Origin: an uncultured Candidatus Saccharibacteria bacterium | GTDB taxonomy: Bacteria; Patescibacteriota; CPR2_A; CG2-30-33-46; CAYZYZ01 | NCBI GenBank assembly: GCA_964482765.1 | Contig: CAYZYZ010000001.1 | Coordinates: 1-44,135, forward strand | Reading direction: 5' to 3' | Length of the DNA: 44,135 nt | Notes under the pieces: generated by a model | What the model was told of the DNA's origin: nothing | The model's database searches: none | The model's input: only the letters and a program-made list of their open reading frames with translations | Shown here: positions 42,352 to 44,135 of the stretch, one piece after another | Position numbering within the stretch: the first letter of the stretch is position 1 | Layout: each line of letters starts with the position of its first letter | Made by a program: the position numbers and the translations under genes

Positions 42352-43494
42352 TTATTTAACCTTTACTTCTTTTTTCGTTTTTTGGGTTGATTGGACTTCC
42401 TTCAGCGATAAGGACAACTTCCTATTTTCTGCTTCTATAGAAATAATTTTTAGTCTATACTCCTCTTTTTCCTTAATAATATCTTTGGGATTTGAAACGT
42501 GCTCTTGAGAAAGCTCGGAAATGTGGACCAAACCGTCGATTATGTGTTTTTTATCCGGCGTCTCTACCTGGACAAAGGCTCCAAATGGCGTAACCCTAAT
42601 GACTTTACCTAAAACTATATCTCCTTCCTTAAATTGCTTAACTGCTTCTTTAAAAGGATCGGGTAAAAGTCTCTTAATGCTTAGCGACACCTTGTCATCT
42701 TCTATCTCCAACACAACCACGTTAATCTCATCATTAACTCTTACCACTTTCTTGATATCGTCCACCCTCTCCCAAGAAACCTCTGATATATGAACCAAAC
42801 CTTCTATGTCTCCGATATTGACGAAAACTCCGAAATCCACCACTCCCGAGACTCTTCCTTTTAGTTTTTGACCAACTTTCAATTCTTCTAAAAATTTCTT
42901 CTGCTCTTCACTCTTGGCAGCTTTCTGAGAAAGAATCAGCTTATTGGTGGCTCGATCAATATCAATGACTTTGACTTGCAAATATTTGCCAACAAGGATG
43001 GACAATCTTGAGAGAATCTCTTCTTTGTCGCCACCTTCTACCCGAGGGTAGTATTCTGCTGTTAACTGGGAAACTGGAACGAAGCCCTGAATGCCTTCTA
43101 TCTGAGTTAAAAGCCCTCCTTTGTTGGCATCAGTAATTTTTACATCAATTAAGAAGCCCTTTTCCATTTTCCTCCCTAGATCAATCCATATTCTTTCTTT
43201 TCCAGCCTTCTTCAGAGAAAGCACCAAAAATCCATCCTTATCCTCTTCTTCTAAAACATAGGTTAGAACTTCGTCGCCCTCTGCTAAATCAGAACTCGCT
43301 GACTTCTCCCCTAATTCTCTCCCGTAAACAACACCAGTAGCTCTTCCTTCTAAGTCGACCAAGATTTCATTTTTCTTTACCTCAATAACCGTTCCTTTTA
43401 AAACTTTTCCAATCTCGATTTTTTCAACTGATGAAAGCGCTTGCTCAAAAAGCGCTTTTTCTTGGTCTTTGATTGTTTTCTGCTTAACTTCCAC
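42352..43494 (-). CDS. rpsA: 30S ribosomal protein S1 (four S1 domains)
   Basis: Repeated S1/OB motifs: G.V..V...G..VD..., GLVHISE x2 and GFVPVSQ. GTG start sits 9 nt after aaggag. Confidence 0.88.
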   Translation of the reverse strand: MEVKQKTIKDQEKALFEQALSSVEKIEIGKVLKGTVIEVKKNEILVDLEGRATGVVYGRELGEKSASSDLAEGDEVLTYVLEEEDKDGFLVLSLKKAGKERIWIDLGRKMEKGFLIDVKITDANKGGLLTQIEGIQGFVPVSQLTAEYYPRVEGGDKEEILSRLSILVGKYLQVKVIDIDRATNKLILSQKAAKSEEQKKFLEELKVGQKLKGRVSGVVDFGVFVNIGDIEGLVHISEVSWERVDDIKKVVRVNDEINVVVLEIEDDKVSLSIKRLLPDPFKEAVKQFKEGDIVLGKVIRVTPFGAFVQVETPDKKHIIDGLVHISELSQEHVSNPKDIIKEKEEYRLKIISIEAENRKLSLSLKEVQSTQKTKKEVKVK

Positions 43495-43555
43495 TAATTT
43501 TGACTCCTTTGTTTATTTCTAATGGTATACAAAATTTTTTAATCTGGCAACTACT

Positions 43556-43891
43556 TTATTTACTTGCTAAGTAAGTTTCAAGATTGATGATTTTGCCGTC
43601 CTTTATTTTTAGCCCATCCTTCAGAAGCAACTCTTCCTTTTTTGTTGTTCCACCCGCATAACCACCAACTCCACCGCTGCTTTTCACAATTCTATAGCAA
43701 GGTATTCTTTGAAGGTCTCTATTTTTTCCTAAAACATTACCTACTGTTCGTGCCAATCCCGGGGTTCCAATTTTTTGGGCAATCATCTTATATGTTAAAA
43801 CCTTGCCTTTGGGGATTTTTTTTGTTAGATCGAAAACCCTTTTTTCAAATTTTGTAAGAATAATTTTATTTTTTCTTTTCATCTTTTTCAT
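43556..43891 (-). CDS. MGMT-family (methylated-DNA--protein-cysteine methyltransferase DNA-binding/active-site domain) protein
   Basis: 111 aa. IPCYRIV corresponds to the PCHR active-site motif, with the Cys retained. Only the C-terminal domain is present. Confidence 0.8.
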   Translation of the reverse strand: MKKMKRKNKIILTKFEKRVFDLTKKIPKGKVLTYKMIAQKIGTPGLARTVGNVLGKNRDLQRIPCYRIVKSSGGVGGYAGGTTKKEELLLKDGLKIKDGKIINLETYLASK

Positions 43892-44135
43892 CTATTCCAC
43901 CAGCAAGTTTAGTCAAATAATAAGTAACAAATACAATAATAGCCGTGATAAAAAAAGCATAAGTAAACATCGCGACTAAACTATTGGCCTTATTAGGAAA
44001 AACTACTTCAAACAGTTTCTGAATCGCTTCATTCCAAGCCAAAGCGGCAACAAGCCCCAGAGATGTTACAGCTAAAGTTTTTACTGTATTGACTAATTGT
44101 CTTCTAAGCTCTTGAATTTCTTTTTTAGTTTTTTT
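43866..44135 (-). CDS. Small membrane protein, 5' end off-window (hypothetical)
   Basis: Manual translation gives ...LAVTSLGLVAALAWNEAIQKLFEVVFPNKANSLVAMFTYAFFITAIIVFVTYYLTKLAGGIDEKDEKKK, then a stop. It has two hydrophobic segments and overlaps the MGMT gene start by 26 nt. Confidence 0.5.
   Translation of the reverse strand, partial: KKTKKEIQELRRQLVNTVKTLAVTSLGLVAALAWNEAIQKLFEVVFPNKANSLVAMFTYAFFITAIIVFVTYYLTKLAGGIDEKDEKKK

Noticed and set aside
1-44135. Alternative genetic code with TGA recoded, as in some candidate phyla.
   Set aside because: TGA terminates well-conserved proteins at the expected ends, for example the SEDS protein at 580-582 and the Memo-like gene in an ATGA overlap at 34128-34131. 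Long conserved ORFs are uninterrupted under code 11.

Overview
AT-rich window (about 35-37% GC by eye), densely packed with housekeeping genes, mostly on the minus strand. This is consistent with a small streamlined bacterial genome; a CPR/Patescibacteria-like origin is only an inference. All protein calls come from motif recognition in the supplied translations. No database search was run.

Gene content:
- rplU (partial), a SEDS protein (FtsW/RodA) and ileS.
- A complete anaerobic ribonucleotide reductase operon: nrdR, nrdD, a stand-alone glycyl-radical domain ORF, a glutaredoxin-like gene and nrdG.
- serA plus a class V aminotransferase, then ftsA-ftsZ.
- The rpsU-yqeY-pgpH-ybeY-dgkA block, a HIT protein, a secreted lytic transglycosylase and a frameshifted Crp/Fnr regulator.
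- hisS, a GalT-like gene, rel, recJ, secDF, a phosphoribosyltransferase and thpR.
- An AmmeMemoRadiSam trio, then priA, def, fmt, an NrnA-like DHH phosphoesterase, rbfA, infB, rpsA and an MGMT-domain protein.
- I saw no rRNA, tRNA, CRISPR array or transposase gene.

The most unusual feature is not a gene cassette but heavy colonisation by several families of short palindromic repeats:
- Family A has CCCCGTTAGA...TCTAACGGGG termini and family B has CCCCGTATA... termini. Both are flanked by direct TTTA/TAAA tetranucleotides.
- There are at least 15 A/B copies in 44 kb. Two copies are near-identical and 16 kb apart, some are nested, one is an exact 69-nt in-frame insertion in priA, and others supply the stop codons of infB, nrdR and dgkA.
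- GC-rich mini-hairpin modules (CCCGA-N6-8-TCGGG and CCGCC-N-GGCGG types) sit in intergenic DNA and in frame inside rplU, nrdR, recJ, the nrdD fragment and infB.
- Long AT-rich palindromes share a conserved arm.
- ACTGTTA heptamer arrays abut two start codons.

Secondary observations:
- Class III RNR is split, with the glycyl-radical domain on its own 79-aa ORF.
- PriA has degenerate helicase motifs I, II, III and VI.
- The Crp/Fnr gene is broken at a poly-T tract.
- There are several GC-rich structured islands of unknown role.
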